From NCBI GenBank assembly GCA_050294855.1, contig JBNKOT010000377.1, forward strand, positions 1 through 62,800: a stretch of DNA of 62,800 nucleotides, written 5' to 3'. Position 1 is the first letter of the stretch; each line of letters opens with the position of its first letter. This document shows, piece by piece, positions 29,901-37,783 of this stretch. The notes under the pieces are model-generated. The model searched no databases. It had not been told where the DNA came from and saw only the letters and a program-made list of their open reading frames with translations. Position numbers and translations under genes: made by a program. Source of the stretch: Draconibacterium sp. (GTDB lineage: Bacteria > Bacteroidota > Bacteroidia > Bacteroidales > Prolixibacteraceae).

Positions 29901-31650
29901 GAATATGGAAATTAATGGTGGAGAATTGGAAGTTTATAATAGCACCATTATGACGACCGACCGTAATTTTACCATTGGTCATTACGACGGAGCCATAAAT
30001 ATTACCAGCTACTCCGGAAATTTAAACATTACCGGGAAATTAAGTGGCAGTGGACGATTGATAAAAAATGGTGGCGGAACTTTGTCGTTGCATAGCAGTA
30101 ATTCACACAAAGGAACAGTCATTAATTCCGGCACACTTCAATTGGCCGATGATGCAGCCAATATTTCAGGTCTGGGAGATACAGTGACAATAAGCGGTGG
30201 AACGCTTGCCATGAACGATAATTCATATTCATATACCGATGGTTGCAGCTGGCACATTGTTGTACCCGAAGGGAAAGTTGGAAAATTAAAACTAGATAGC
30301 AGAAGTTCGTTAACCGGAAAACTGTTCGGTTCGGGTAAATTAATTCTTTATTCGCCATGGGTACGAAACGATCTTAATGGTGACTGGTCGAATTTTGAAG
30401 GCACAATTGAAGTGACCACCGACAACTCAGGCGACTTGCGTATCAACAATACTTACGGATATGCAAAAGCCTCGATGAAACTCAATAACAATGTTTATGC
30501 ATACAACCTGAAAGGGGAAACCAAAATTGGTGCTTTATCGGGTAGCAGCAGTTCAACGCTTGCTTCCGGTGTTTGGAGCGTAGGTTACAATAACCAAGAT
30601 GCAACATATTCAGGATTGATAACAGGATCTGCCAGTGTGAATAAGCGTGGTACCGGCAACTGGACAATTACACACAACAACGATTACAGTGGATCTACCA
30701 ACATTTACGAAGGGACTTTAACCGTAAATAATACTTCGGGTAGCGCAACAGGTTCGGGAGGAGTATTTGTCAGATCAGGCGCTGTATTGGCAGGAAACGG
30801 AATAATTGCGGGAACACTGGGGATTTACTCAAATGGTACCTGCGATATGGGAACATACAGTATTTTAAATGGTCCGGTGAATTTGCAGGGAAGCCTGATA
30901 GGAAGAGGAACCGTGAACGACAAATTAACGATATTAAAAGGAGGTATCCGAAAAGGTACGAATATTTTAAACGGTTCGGTACAGGTTCGAAAAGGGGGTA
31001 TACTTTCGGGAGAAGGATTTGTAAAAGGCGATTTAACACTCGAAGCAGGTGCGATAGTGGCACCCGGAACCGACGGAATTGGAACACTAAACTGTGAAAC
31101 AAATGTTACCCTTGTTGATGAGGATATTTTGGAAATTGAATGGAACAGAACAACCAAAGTCGCTGACGTGCTGAAATCGTCAGGTACAATGCTTCTTGAA
31201 GGAACATTAAAAATCGAAGAATTAAGCGGAACATTATTTGATGAAGGCGACCGAATTAAAATTTTAGATGCTGCCAGCATCAGCGGGGTATTTACCTCCA
31301 TTGAACCGGAAATCCCCGGCGAGGGATTGGTCTGGGATCTTTCAGATATTTCGGAAGGATACATTGCAATTGCATCGAATACAACTTCAGCAAATACATT
31401 GGAAGCTTCGGGTTTGATTGTTTATCCAAATCCCGGTGATGGAACTTTTTACATCAAACTTAATACAACAGAAAATGTACAATCGCTTCGTGTAACAAAT
31501 ATCGAAGGTCGTGTTATTTATTCCAAAGTTCCGGGTACTTCCAATTTGATCGAATTAGATCTTCAAAATCAACCGGCGGGAATCTATTTTTTAAAGGTGA
31601 TTTGTAGGGATAAAGAGTTCGGAGAAAAGTTGATCATTCAACAGTTTTAG
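26911..31650 (+). CDS. PL11 rhamnogalacturonan lyase with autotransporter-associated beta-strand repeats and T9SS C-terminal domain
   Basis: VSWRVLG, NDASVGDLDGDGEYEIV, GHGDAQHLGD, WWDGDL.REILD, ADILGDWREEV, LMHDPQYR, YNQPPHP; repeated L.K.G.GTLT....N.YTG.T motifs; VYPNP..AGIYFLKV..KLII. Confidence 0.92.
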   Translation: MMSRTTKKYWRILTLIIIVFFSYNAMAQRYMEKLNHGLIAVNTTNGVFVSWRVLGSEGDDVSYNIYRDGAMVNSTPVNGASNLLDPNGTIASTYTIKLLLNGVEQTAEESTTVWSKNYIDIPVRKINGGYNTHIINDASVGDLDGDGEYEIVVKRLATGGVASSDFHFLDAYELNGTLMWSVNMGPNIYNDVEFNFLVWDLDCDGKAEVTLRTSDGFIDGEGNNIGDADNDGIINYRYSISSVGYRMEGPDYLSVLDGQTGKELDRATYIPRGNITDWGKDDGGHRSTKCMFTVAYQDGKKPSVVFGRGIYERIVLESWKFEGGSLSKNWHFDSNSNAAYAQQGFHNLTQGDVDNDERDEVVYGSMMMDDNGQGLYSTELGHGDAQHLGDINPDRYGLEYFGCLENSAGGNYRDAQTGEIFHYTNIGRDMGRAGCADVTPDYPGMEMWGPSGFPFLSSTGDEITNLTPPSSMNFFIWWDGDLTREILDHTWYNDYGVGTITKYNNGANDQLLYASGTLSNNWTKGTPSLSADILGDWREEVIWRTNDNSALRLYTTTDLTAHKIYTLMHDPQYRAAIGWQPNSYNQPPHPGFFIGTDMDSVPPSPMMLPNQKVWTSGKWNIESSSAWTKDEATTTFSNNDVVLLDISGDNSSDIILEGSLQPKDVRVISPIDYVFVGSGSIAGETNLTKSGKGTLTFNNSNAYTGITRVWDGQIINNGTLENSTVLVKRFATAAGTGAYNNGIVLEKYAKLIVSETQTSADTLFVSGSLTADAQSTIYIDLTDDFEAASKINDLIVIDGNLKINGSMSININRLDGKLSAGEYVLMTVSDSLIGNVENIAIEGISGVPYILKFEDHKLKLLVEETRLPGRVVWNGAVDNNWDLFNRLNWLNDGSADYFLGEDSVVFDDSGQYSNVEIMDEYAISNFLFDADKDYTIQGNGSFTGSANLLKRGSGTLTMKVNNSYTGSTTIVKGTIRIPEMTNAGYPSGIGAASADAWNMEINGGELEVYNSTIMTTDRNFTIGHYDGAINITSYSGNLNITGKLSGSGRLIKNGGGTLSLHSSNSHKGTVINSGTLQLADDAANISGLGDTVTISGGTLAMNDNSYSYTDGCSWHIVVPEGKVGKLKLDSRSSLTGKLFGSGKLILYSPWVRNDLNGDWSNFEGTIEVTTDNSGDLRINNTYGYAKASMKLNNNVYAYNLKGETKIGALSGSSSSTLASGVWSVGYNNQDATYSGLITGSASVNKRGTGNWTITHNNDYSGSTNIYEGTLTVNNTSGSATGSGGVFVRSGAVLAGNGIIAGTLGIYSNGTCDMGTYSILNGPVNLQGSLIGRGTVNDKLTILKGGIRKGTNILNGSVQVRKGGILSGEGFVKGDLTLEAGAIVAPGTDGIGTLNCETNVTLVDEDILEIEWNRTTKVADVLKSSGTMLLEGTLKIEELSGTLFDEGDRIKILDAASISGVFTSIEPEIPGEGLVWDLSDISEGYIAIASNTTSANTLEASGLIVYPNPGDGTFYIKLNTTENVQSLRVTNIEGRVIYSKVPGTSNLIELDLQNQPAGIYFLKVICRDKEFGEKLIIQQF

Positions 31651-31718
31651 TTGAATCGATACGATTTTAAAGTAAAAGAACCGCTGAAAATAAGATTTGC
31701 AGAATTGAGGGTGCAATT

Positions 31719-31764
31719 TTGACTTATTCCTGACACTAAAATAGTTGTGCCTTTGTTAGTTTTG
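31719..31764 (+). promoter_or_regulatory. Putative HTCS operator plus -7 promoter
   Basis: TTGACTTATTCCTGACA (31719-31735), 21-bp gap, TAGTTTTG (31757-31764). Confidence 0.7.
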
Positions 31765-31833
31765 TTTGAAGAAAAACGAACCAACTTTGGAAAATACTTT
31801 TTCGTCAGAATTTAGAAGTTAAGAAAAGATTGA

Positions 31834-34629
31834 ATGAAATTAAAATACCAAACCATACTGATCTTACTATTTTTTAGTTTCCACTTAACGCTGGTTCACG
31901 CACAAAATAGTTCTCCGACAGAAAATATCGCCAGCGCAAGCGATAATCTGCTTGCATTTCCGATTACCGATCGCATGGTTACTTTTAATTTAGCCGACAG
32001 CGGAGTTTATAAGCCGATTAATTGGGGACTGGATCTGGCCTGGTTAAGCGAGGGAAATATTCGTCGTGGAATTGCTTTTATGGGAGCTGATCGAATTGAC
32101 ATTGTGCGATCGTCGTTTATGCCGACCAATCCATTGGTTAACGGAGAACTACAAGGAGAAGCATTAACCAATACAAATCTGAGATTAGACATCATCAGGA
32201 AATGGTTGCCGGAATCTACAAAAGTGGCACTAAACTGCGATCATCCGAGTGTTCATTCTTATTTTAAAGGAAATGCCGAAAATTGGGCTGCATTAATCGA
32301 CGTTACCACAAAAATGCATCAGGAAGCCGGACGAGAGGTGATTACCGTTTCTCCTTTTAACGAACCGGATTATTCGTACACCGGGCAGGGAACCATTCAG
32401 GACTTTTTTAATATTGCTCTTCAATTAAATAATATAACACGTTTCGATTCCATCCGGATTTCAGGTGGGAACACCCTTAATTGCGACGAAGCTTTACCTT
32501 GGTATAACTTCCTGAAAAGTCAAATCGATGAAGGAAATACGCATCAACTTGCCGGAAGTTTCGATGCATATGCAAACTTTTATGAAGCAGTGCGGGCCAA
32601 TGGCCATCATGCTACCAACGACGAATTACACAATGTGATGGAGGCGATGGTTGGTGTTGAATATGGATTACAAACCGGTATTTGGTGGGGCACAGCAGAG
32701 CTGGCTCGCGGCGAGTTTGTAAAAGCCAGCGACGGAAAACGACTTGGATATGCAGAACATCGGGATAATTGGACCGCCGCTTCGGTTTATAAAAATCCTG
32801 ACGGAAAAGTGCAGGCTTTTGTTGGTTCGTCTGAACGGCAGGCCACCACAACAACTTATTCCTATCTGGCAAAAGACCGCGATGTATATTATGACGGATA
32901 CGGTCCTCAACGCCAATTTGCGATTGAAATGCCCGGCGGCACTGGATATCAGCAAGGTCAAACAAATGCTGAAAGAGTAATTAATATCACCTGGGGAGAC
33001 GATATTCAGCCTGTTATCAACGGAAGATATATTCTGGTAAATCGCAAAAGCGGGAAAGTAATGGAAGTTGCCGGAGGATCCTCTTCTGCGGGGGCAAATG
33101 TTCGGCAGGCAACTCCGGCAGGAGTTGCTTATCAGCAATGGAATGTAATTCCGGTAAGTAATCGTATCGGAGGCGATTTTAGTTATTTCACAATTACCGC
33201 AAGAAATAGTGGAAAAGCTTTGGATGAATATAACTGGTCGTTAAACAGTGGCGATAATATTGCAATTTGGGATGATACAAAAGGAGCCAATCAGCAATGG
33301 TTTCTGGATTATGCTGAAGATGGTTGGTTTTATATACGCAGTCGGCACAGTGCGCATTGTTTAGATGTGTTGAATGCAAGTACTGCAAGTGGTGCCAATG
33401 TTATTCATTCAGAAAAGAGCAATGGATTCAACCAGCAGTGGCGTTTAATTCCTGTTGATGCAGAAGTTGAGTTTGATGCTCCAAATGCACCGATAGATTT
33501 AGTTGCTACCGCAAATGCAGAATCGGTTCGTCTGGATTGGACGGCAAGTCCCGAGGACGATGTTGAGGGATACACCGTTTTTCGATCAGAATCAATAGGT
33601 GGCCCATTTAATACGCTGGCCCGAAATGTAAAATCAACGGCATTTGTCGATAATACATGTACAATAGAAGGAAAGTATTTTTATACCGTAAAGGCAGTCG
33701 ATAAATCCTTAAACTCTTCTCCCTTTTCAGCAGAAGTGGAGGCAACAACCACCGGCGAACACGATCTTGTGGCTCATTTCAAATTCAATAATAATACCCG
33801 CGACAGTAGTATCAATTTAAATCATGGCGCCACGCTTGGAGAAATGAAATATGTGGAAGGGAAAGCCGATGATTCTGCAATTGAATTAAATGGTGAAGAT
33901 GCTTTTGTTCAGTTGCCTGCTACCATCGGTAACCAGACAGAAATTACGATTTCAACCTGGGTATACTGGAACGGAGGCACGCCCTGGCAACGCATTTTTG
34001 AATTCGGGAACGATGAAACAGAATACATGAACCTGACACCAAGAATGCGTTTTTCGATCAGCAACGGTGGAAGCGAACAACGCTTGAATGCTTCGTCCTT
34101 GCCGGTTGGAGAGTGGTCGCATGTTGCTGTAACTTTAGGTACAAATTATGCCCGAATGTATGTAAACGGTGCTTTGGTTGATGAATCGACTGATATTACG
34201 ATTCGCCCAATCGATTTTAAACCCGTACTCAATTACATTGGTCGTGCATTGTCCCGGGTGCCATTTTTTAATGGTACTATTGACGATTTCAGAATTTACA
34301 ATTACGAATTATCGGCTGAGGAAATTGAAGAATTGTATACCGATGTTGTAACTGATGCAGCAATCGTTTCAGAGATGAGGGAATCCAAATTAAGCGTTTT
34401 TCCTGTTCCGGCAAACGATGTACTCCGGTTTAAATTTGAAACGAATGACAGATCAAAAGAAACAGTAATAGAGCTTTATAATGTTTATGGAAAACTTATA
34501 TTGCAACAGGAAATAAAAGATTCGTTAACCGGGGGAATAAATGTCTCGAATATACCGGGAGGAATTTATATGCTCAAACTTACAAGTGGTCAGGAATATG
34601 TAAGCAAAAAAATTATGATTAATCATTAA
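31834..34629 (+). CDS. Secreted multimodular protein: putative clan GH-A-like catalytic domain, ricin/CBM13, FN3, LamG, T9SS CTD
   Basis: PFNEPDY and ATNDELHN motifs; QQW repeats of a ricin trefoil; APNAP..VRLDW..YFYTVKAVD FN3; WQRIF/WSHVAVT/IDDFRIY LamG; VFPVPA..GGIYMLKL..KKIMI. Confidence 0.8.
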   Translation: MKLKYQTILILLFFSFHLTLVHAQNSSPTENIASASDNLLAFPITDRMVTFNLADSGVYKPINWGLDLAWLSEGNIRRGIAFMGADRIDIVRSSFMPTNPLVNGELQGEALTNTNLRLDIIRKWLPESTKVALNCDHPSVHSYFKGNAENWAALIDVTTKMHQEAGREVITVSPFNEPDYSYTGQGTIQDFFNIALQLNNITRFDSIRISGGNTLNCDEALPWYNFLKSQIDEGNTHQLAGSFDAYANFYEAVRANGHHATNDELHNVMEAMVGVEYGLQTGIWWGTAELARGEFVKASDGKRLGYAEHRDNWTAASVYKNPDGKVQAFVGSSERQATTTTYSYLAKDRDVYYDGYGPQRQFAIEMPGGTGYQQGQTNAERVINITWGDDIQPVINGRYILVNRKSGKVMEVAGGSSSAGANVRQATPAGVAYQQWNVIPVSNRIGGDFSYFTITARNSGKALDEYNWSLNSGDNIAIWDDTKGANQQWFLDYAEDGWFYIRSRHSAHCLDVLNASTASGANVIHSEKSNGFNQQWRLIPVDAEVEFDAPNAPIDLVATANAESVRLDWTASPEDDVEGYTVFRSESIGGPFNTLARNVKSTAFVDNTCTIEGKYFYTVKAVDKSLNSSPFSAEVEATTTGEHDLVAHFKFNNNTRDSSINLNHGATLGEMKYVEGKADDSAIELNGEDAFVQLPATIGNQTEITISTWVYWNGGTPWQRIFEFGNDETEYMNLTPRMRFSISNGGSEQRLNASSLPVGEWSHVAVTLGTNYARMYVNGALVDESTDITIRPIDFKPVLNYIGRALSRVPFFNGTIDDFRIYNYELSAEEIEELYTDVVTDAAIVSEMRESKLSVFPVPANDVLRFKFETNDRSKETVIELYNVYGKLILQQEIKDSLTGGINVSNIPGGIYMLKLTSGQEYVSKKIMINH

Positions 34630-34645
34630 CAAGCAAAGCAAAAAA

Positions 34646-37354
34646 ATGAGGTTAACCGAAGGTGGTTTAAAAATCATTCAAATTATTTTAATATCGATTT
34701 TAAGTGTTTTTACTTTTTCGTCGCAGGCAATTGAAAAGGAAACAGTTGAAGGTTTGACCGATGAGAATCGTATGCTTTCTTCTGCCATCGAATTGCATCT
34801 GACTTCGGAAGTTGCTCCGCTGGTAAACAGCACTGTTTCGCTAAATCACGAAGATGCCTGGTTGTTTTTCGATAACATCAGACCGTCGGATGTAATTGCC
34901 AACTTTAATGCGGGCATTCTGATCAACGGAGAAGTGCTGATCAATGGGGGAAATGGCCGCGTTGCCATGTATGCAAACGGAACCGTTGTAATGCCTTTTG
35001 GGAATGAATTTAAACCTTTAAGAGTTTATTCAGAAGAAGGTTTTGGCGGAAACGAAAAGCAGATGGAAATTCATACCTATCACAACAATCTCGGAGAATT
35101 TGATAATGCCATTAAGTCGTTCAAATTAAAACGTGGTTATATGGCGACTTTTGCCAATGCAGTAGATGGAACCGGTTACAGCCGCGTTTTTATTGCCGAC
35201 AAAGAAGATTTGGAATTCAGTGTAATGCCCGAAGAATTGTACGGAACTGTCTCGTTTATTCGTGTTTTTAAGTACGAATGGGTTTCTAAAAAAGGCTGGG
35301 CCGGCTGGGATGAGCATGAATATACCATAACAAATAGCACCTGGCGATACGATTGGAATGCCGGAGGTACTTCAACAAACGATATTGAATATACTCCGAT
35401 TAAACAAAATTTAGGCTGGCCAAGTTGGTCGGCAATCAACGATAAACAGAACGTTACCCATCTGTTGGGTTATAACGAGCCGGATCATGTTGAGCAGTCG
35501 GATGTTACGGTTAGTGAAGCGATTGCTGCCTGGCCCGATTTTTTGAAGTCGGGACTAAGACTTGGTGCACCGGCCACAACCAATTTTAATTGGGTGATCG
35601 ATTTTGTAAAACGTTGCGACGAACTCAATTACCGGGTCGATTACGTTGCAGTACATGCCTATTGGGGGAACGATCCCGCGGCTTATTTAAATTCTTTGTC
35701 GTGGGTACATAACGCAACCGGGCGTCCGATTTGGATCACCGAATGGAACTACGGTGCCAACTGGACCAACGAATGGTGGCCGGATAATACTTCGGCTTTA
35801 ACTTCAGCCAACGAACAATATGCCTATCAGAAAATAAAAGCGATTGTCGATTTTTTTGATCAGACTCCCTGGATAGAAAGATACTCCATTTATAACTGGG
35901 TCGAAGATCGAAGGGCAATTGTATTAAATGGCGAACTCACCAAGGCGGGAGAATATTACGCCGAAAATAAATCGAGAGTAGCCTATAATGGCAACTACGA
36001 AGTAATTCCAAATTGGAATTATCAAAAACCTGAATTGGATTTCCGATATTTTTCGTTAAGAAATTCGATCCGCTTAAGCTGGGAGGATAAAAATGGAGAA
36101 CTGAGCAGGGAATTTGTGATTAGGAAAAAAGTAAACGACGGAGCATTCGAAACGATTTATAGCAGTACCGATGTATCAACACTGTTCTATCTCGATCCGC
36201 TGGATACTGAAATCAGCGGTACAATTACCTACCAAATGACCACTCAAACCGCATCGGGTGAAATACTGAAATCAAACGAAGTTTCTTATTTTCAGACTGC
36301 CGGAGAAAGTAATATCCAAACCGGAAATTTTATTGTAGAGAATACAACTGAGAATACCACAATGTTTGCCTCAAAATTTTCAGCAACGCCAATCGTCTTG
36401 TTGGGTATCCCAAGTTTTAATAACGAAATCCCAATGTCTCAACGAATTTGGGGTAGCTCAAAAACCGAATTTAGATTTAATTTTTATCCCTGGTCGTATC
36501 TTCAAAATCCGCAACTCACGAAATCCGAATTGCTTTCAACTCTGGCTTTACCCGCCGGTTCTCATAATTTTGGTGGATTACAAGCAGAGGCGAAATCGGT
36601 GACCGGAGTTACGCGAAACTGGATTTCAGTCACTTTTGATGAGGTTTTTGAACAGGTGCCTGCAATTTTCTGCACTATCGCTTCGAGTAGCAATTTTTAT
36701 CCGCTTACAGTTGCGGTTCGAAACGTGAACACAACAGGATTTGAAATGAGCTTGAAAAGCGAAGAATCGATTACGACGAATTTAACAGCCGAAACGGTCA
36801 ACTATTTTGCCATTGAACCCGGAGAAGGAGTAATCGGGAAAAAAAGGGTAACCGTTGGTCGGAACAGCGGAAGTAATGGAATTTCTTCAACACCGCTCGA
36901 AATAAAATATGACTCTACTTACACCGAGCCCGGATTGTTTGCAGGTTTGAACACTGCCGAAGATATCTTTGCTTCGACTTTACGTTATTCCAAAACCGGA
37001 GATTCAAGTTTTAATCTCGTCAAACACCGCGAAATGTCGGGAGAAACTTCCGAGATGAATACTGATGACTTGGGTTGGATGGTGATGGATTTTGCCGCCA
37101 ATCAACCCGATGTTGGAACCGGTTTGAAAGAATTTCCTTTGAATAATACCTTGTCGTTTTATCCAAATCCGACGAAAAATACGGTCCATTTTAATTTCGA
37201 AAAACCAACCCATGTTGAAATTTTTGATTTGTCAGGCTACAAACTAATTGAGTCGGTTGTATTGGAATCAATAAACGTAAGCTTGCTTTCAAGCGGAATT
37301 TATTTTATGAAAGCGGAAGGTTATGCGCCCGTGAAATTAATTAAAATCCAATAA
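34646..37354 (+). CDS. GH128-like (Glyco_hydro_cc) glycoside hydrolase with accessory domains and T9SS CTD
   Basis: SKKGW, WRYDWN, HLLGYNEPD, DYVAVHAY, PIWITEWN, IERYS; beta/gamma-crystallin-like segment (FDNAIKSFKLKRGY); C-terminal lectin-like repeats; FYPNPT..SGIYFMK..KLIK. Confidence 0.82.
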   Translation: MRLTEGGLKIIQIILISILSVFTFSSQAIEKETVEGLTDENRMLSSAIELHLTSEVAPLVNSTVSLNHEDAWLFFDNIRPSDVIANFNAGILINGEVLINGGNGRVAMYANGTVVMPFGNEFKPLRVYSEEGFGGNEKQMEIHTYHNNLGEFDNAIKSFKLKRGYMATFANAVDGTGYSRVFIADKEDLEFSVMPEELYGTVSFIRVFKYEWVSKKGWAGWDEHEYTITNSTWRYDWNAGGTSTNDIEYTPIKQNLGWPSWSAINDKQNVTHLLGYNEPDHVEQSDVTVSEAIAAWPDFLKSGLRLGAPATTNFNWVIDFVKRCDELNYRVDYVAVHAYWGNDPAAYLNSLSWVHNATGRPIWITEWNYGANWTNEWWPDNTSALTSANEQYAYQKIKAIVDFFDQTPWIERYSIYNWVEDRRAIVLNGELTKAGEYYAENKSRVAYNGNYEVIPNWNYQKPELDFRYFSLRNSIRLSWEDKNGELSREFVIRKKVNDGAFETIYSSTDVSTLFYLDPLDTEISGTITYQMTTQTASGEILKSNEVSYFQTAGESNIQTGNFIVENTTENTTMFASKFSATPIVLLGIPSFNNEIPMSQRIWGSSKTEFRFNFYPWSYLQNPQLTKSELLSTLALPAGSHNFGGLQAEAKSVTGVTRNWISVTFDEVFEQVPAIFCTIASSSNFYPLTVAVRNVNTTGFEMSLKSEESITTNLTAETVNYFAIEPGEGVIGKKRVTVGRNSGSNGISSTPLEIKYDSTYTEPGLFAGLNTAEDIFASTLRYSKTGDSSFNLVKHREMSGETSEMNTDDLGWMVMDFAANQPDVGTGLKEFPLNNTLSFYPNPTKNTVHFNFEKPTHVEIFDLSGYKLIESVVLESINVSLLSSGIYFMKAEGYAPVKLIKIQ

Positions 37355-37666
37355 GCCGAATTTCATAAAATAGAGCCATTGTTGTTTCTAAATTCAAAAG
37401 AGTATTTATTCGACTACAGATTTGAATCATTAAAAAGTCCAAACCAAAAATCAAAAAAATAGGCTTTTATTTACTATTGATTTTTTTTATTAAGTGCTGA
37501 ATTTTGATTAATTTGTGCATGGTTAAAATGGCCTGATTCGATCCAACTATATTCATTAAAGCATTCTGAGTTGAGAAAAATGTAGGCCAGGAATGTTCTT
37601 TTACCACAGGTTTCTGATTCATTCAATATTCGCTTTTTTATTTCCGAATATTGAACTATATTATAT

Positions 37667-37735
37667 GTGACGAGTTTATAATGGTTAAATGTCGAAATTA
37701 TGAACGTATTGTAAAACATAATAACGGTACCTTTC
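37667..37735 (+). promoter_or_regulatory. Tandem putative HTCS operator plus -7-like element
   Basis: GTGACGAGTTTATAATG (37667) and ATGTCGAAATTATGAAC (37689), 22-bp period; TACCTTTC 22 bp later (37728). Confidence 0.5.
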
Positions 37736-37783
37736 AGTCAAAATTAACGTATTAAACTTTATTAATTTTAAAATCAAACGATT

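Noticed and set aside
37474-37719. 81-aa minus-strand intergenic ORF
   Set aside because: AT-rich, overlaps the regulatory elements of the 37784 gene, no protein motif
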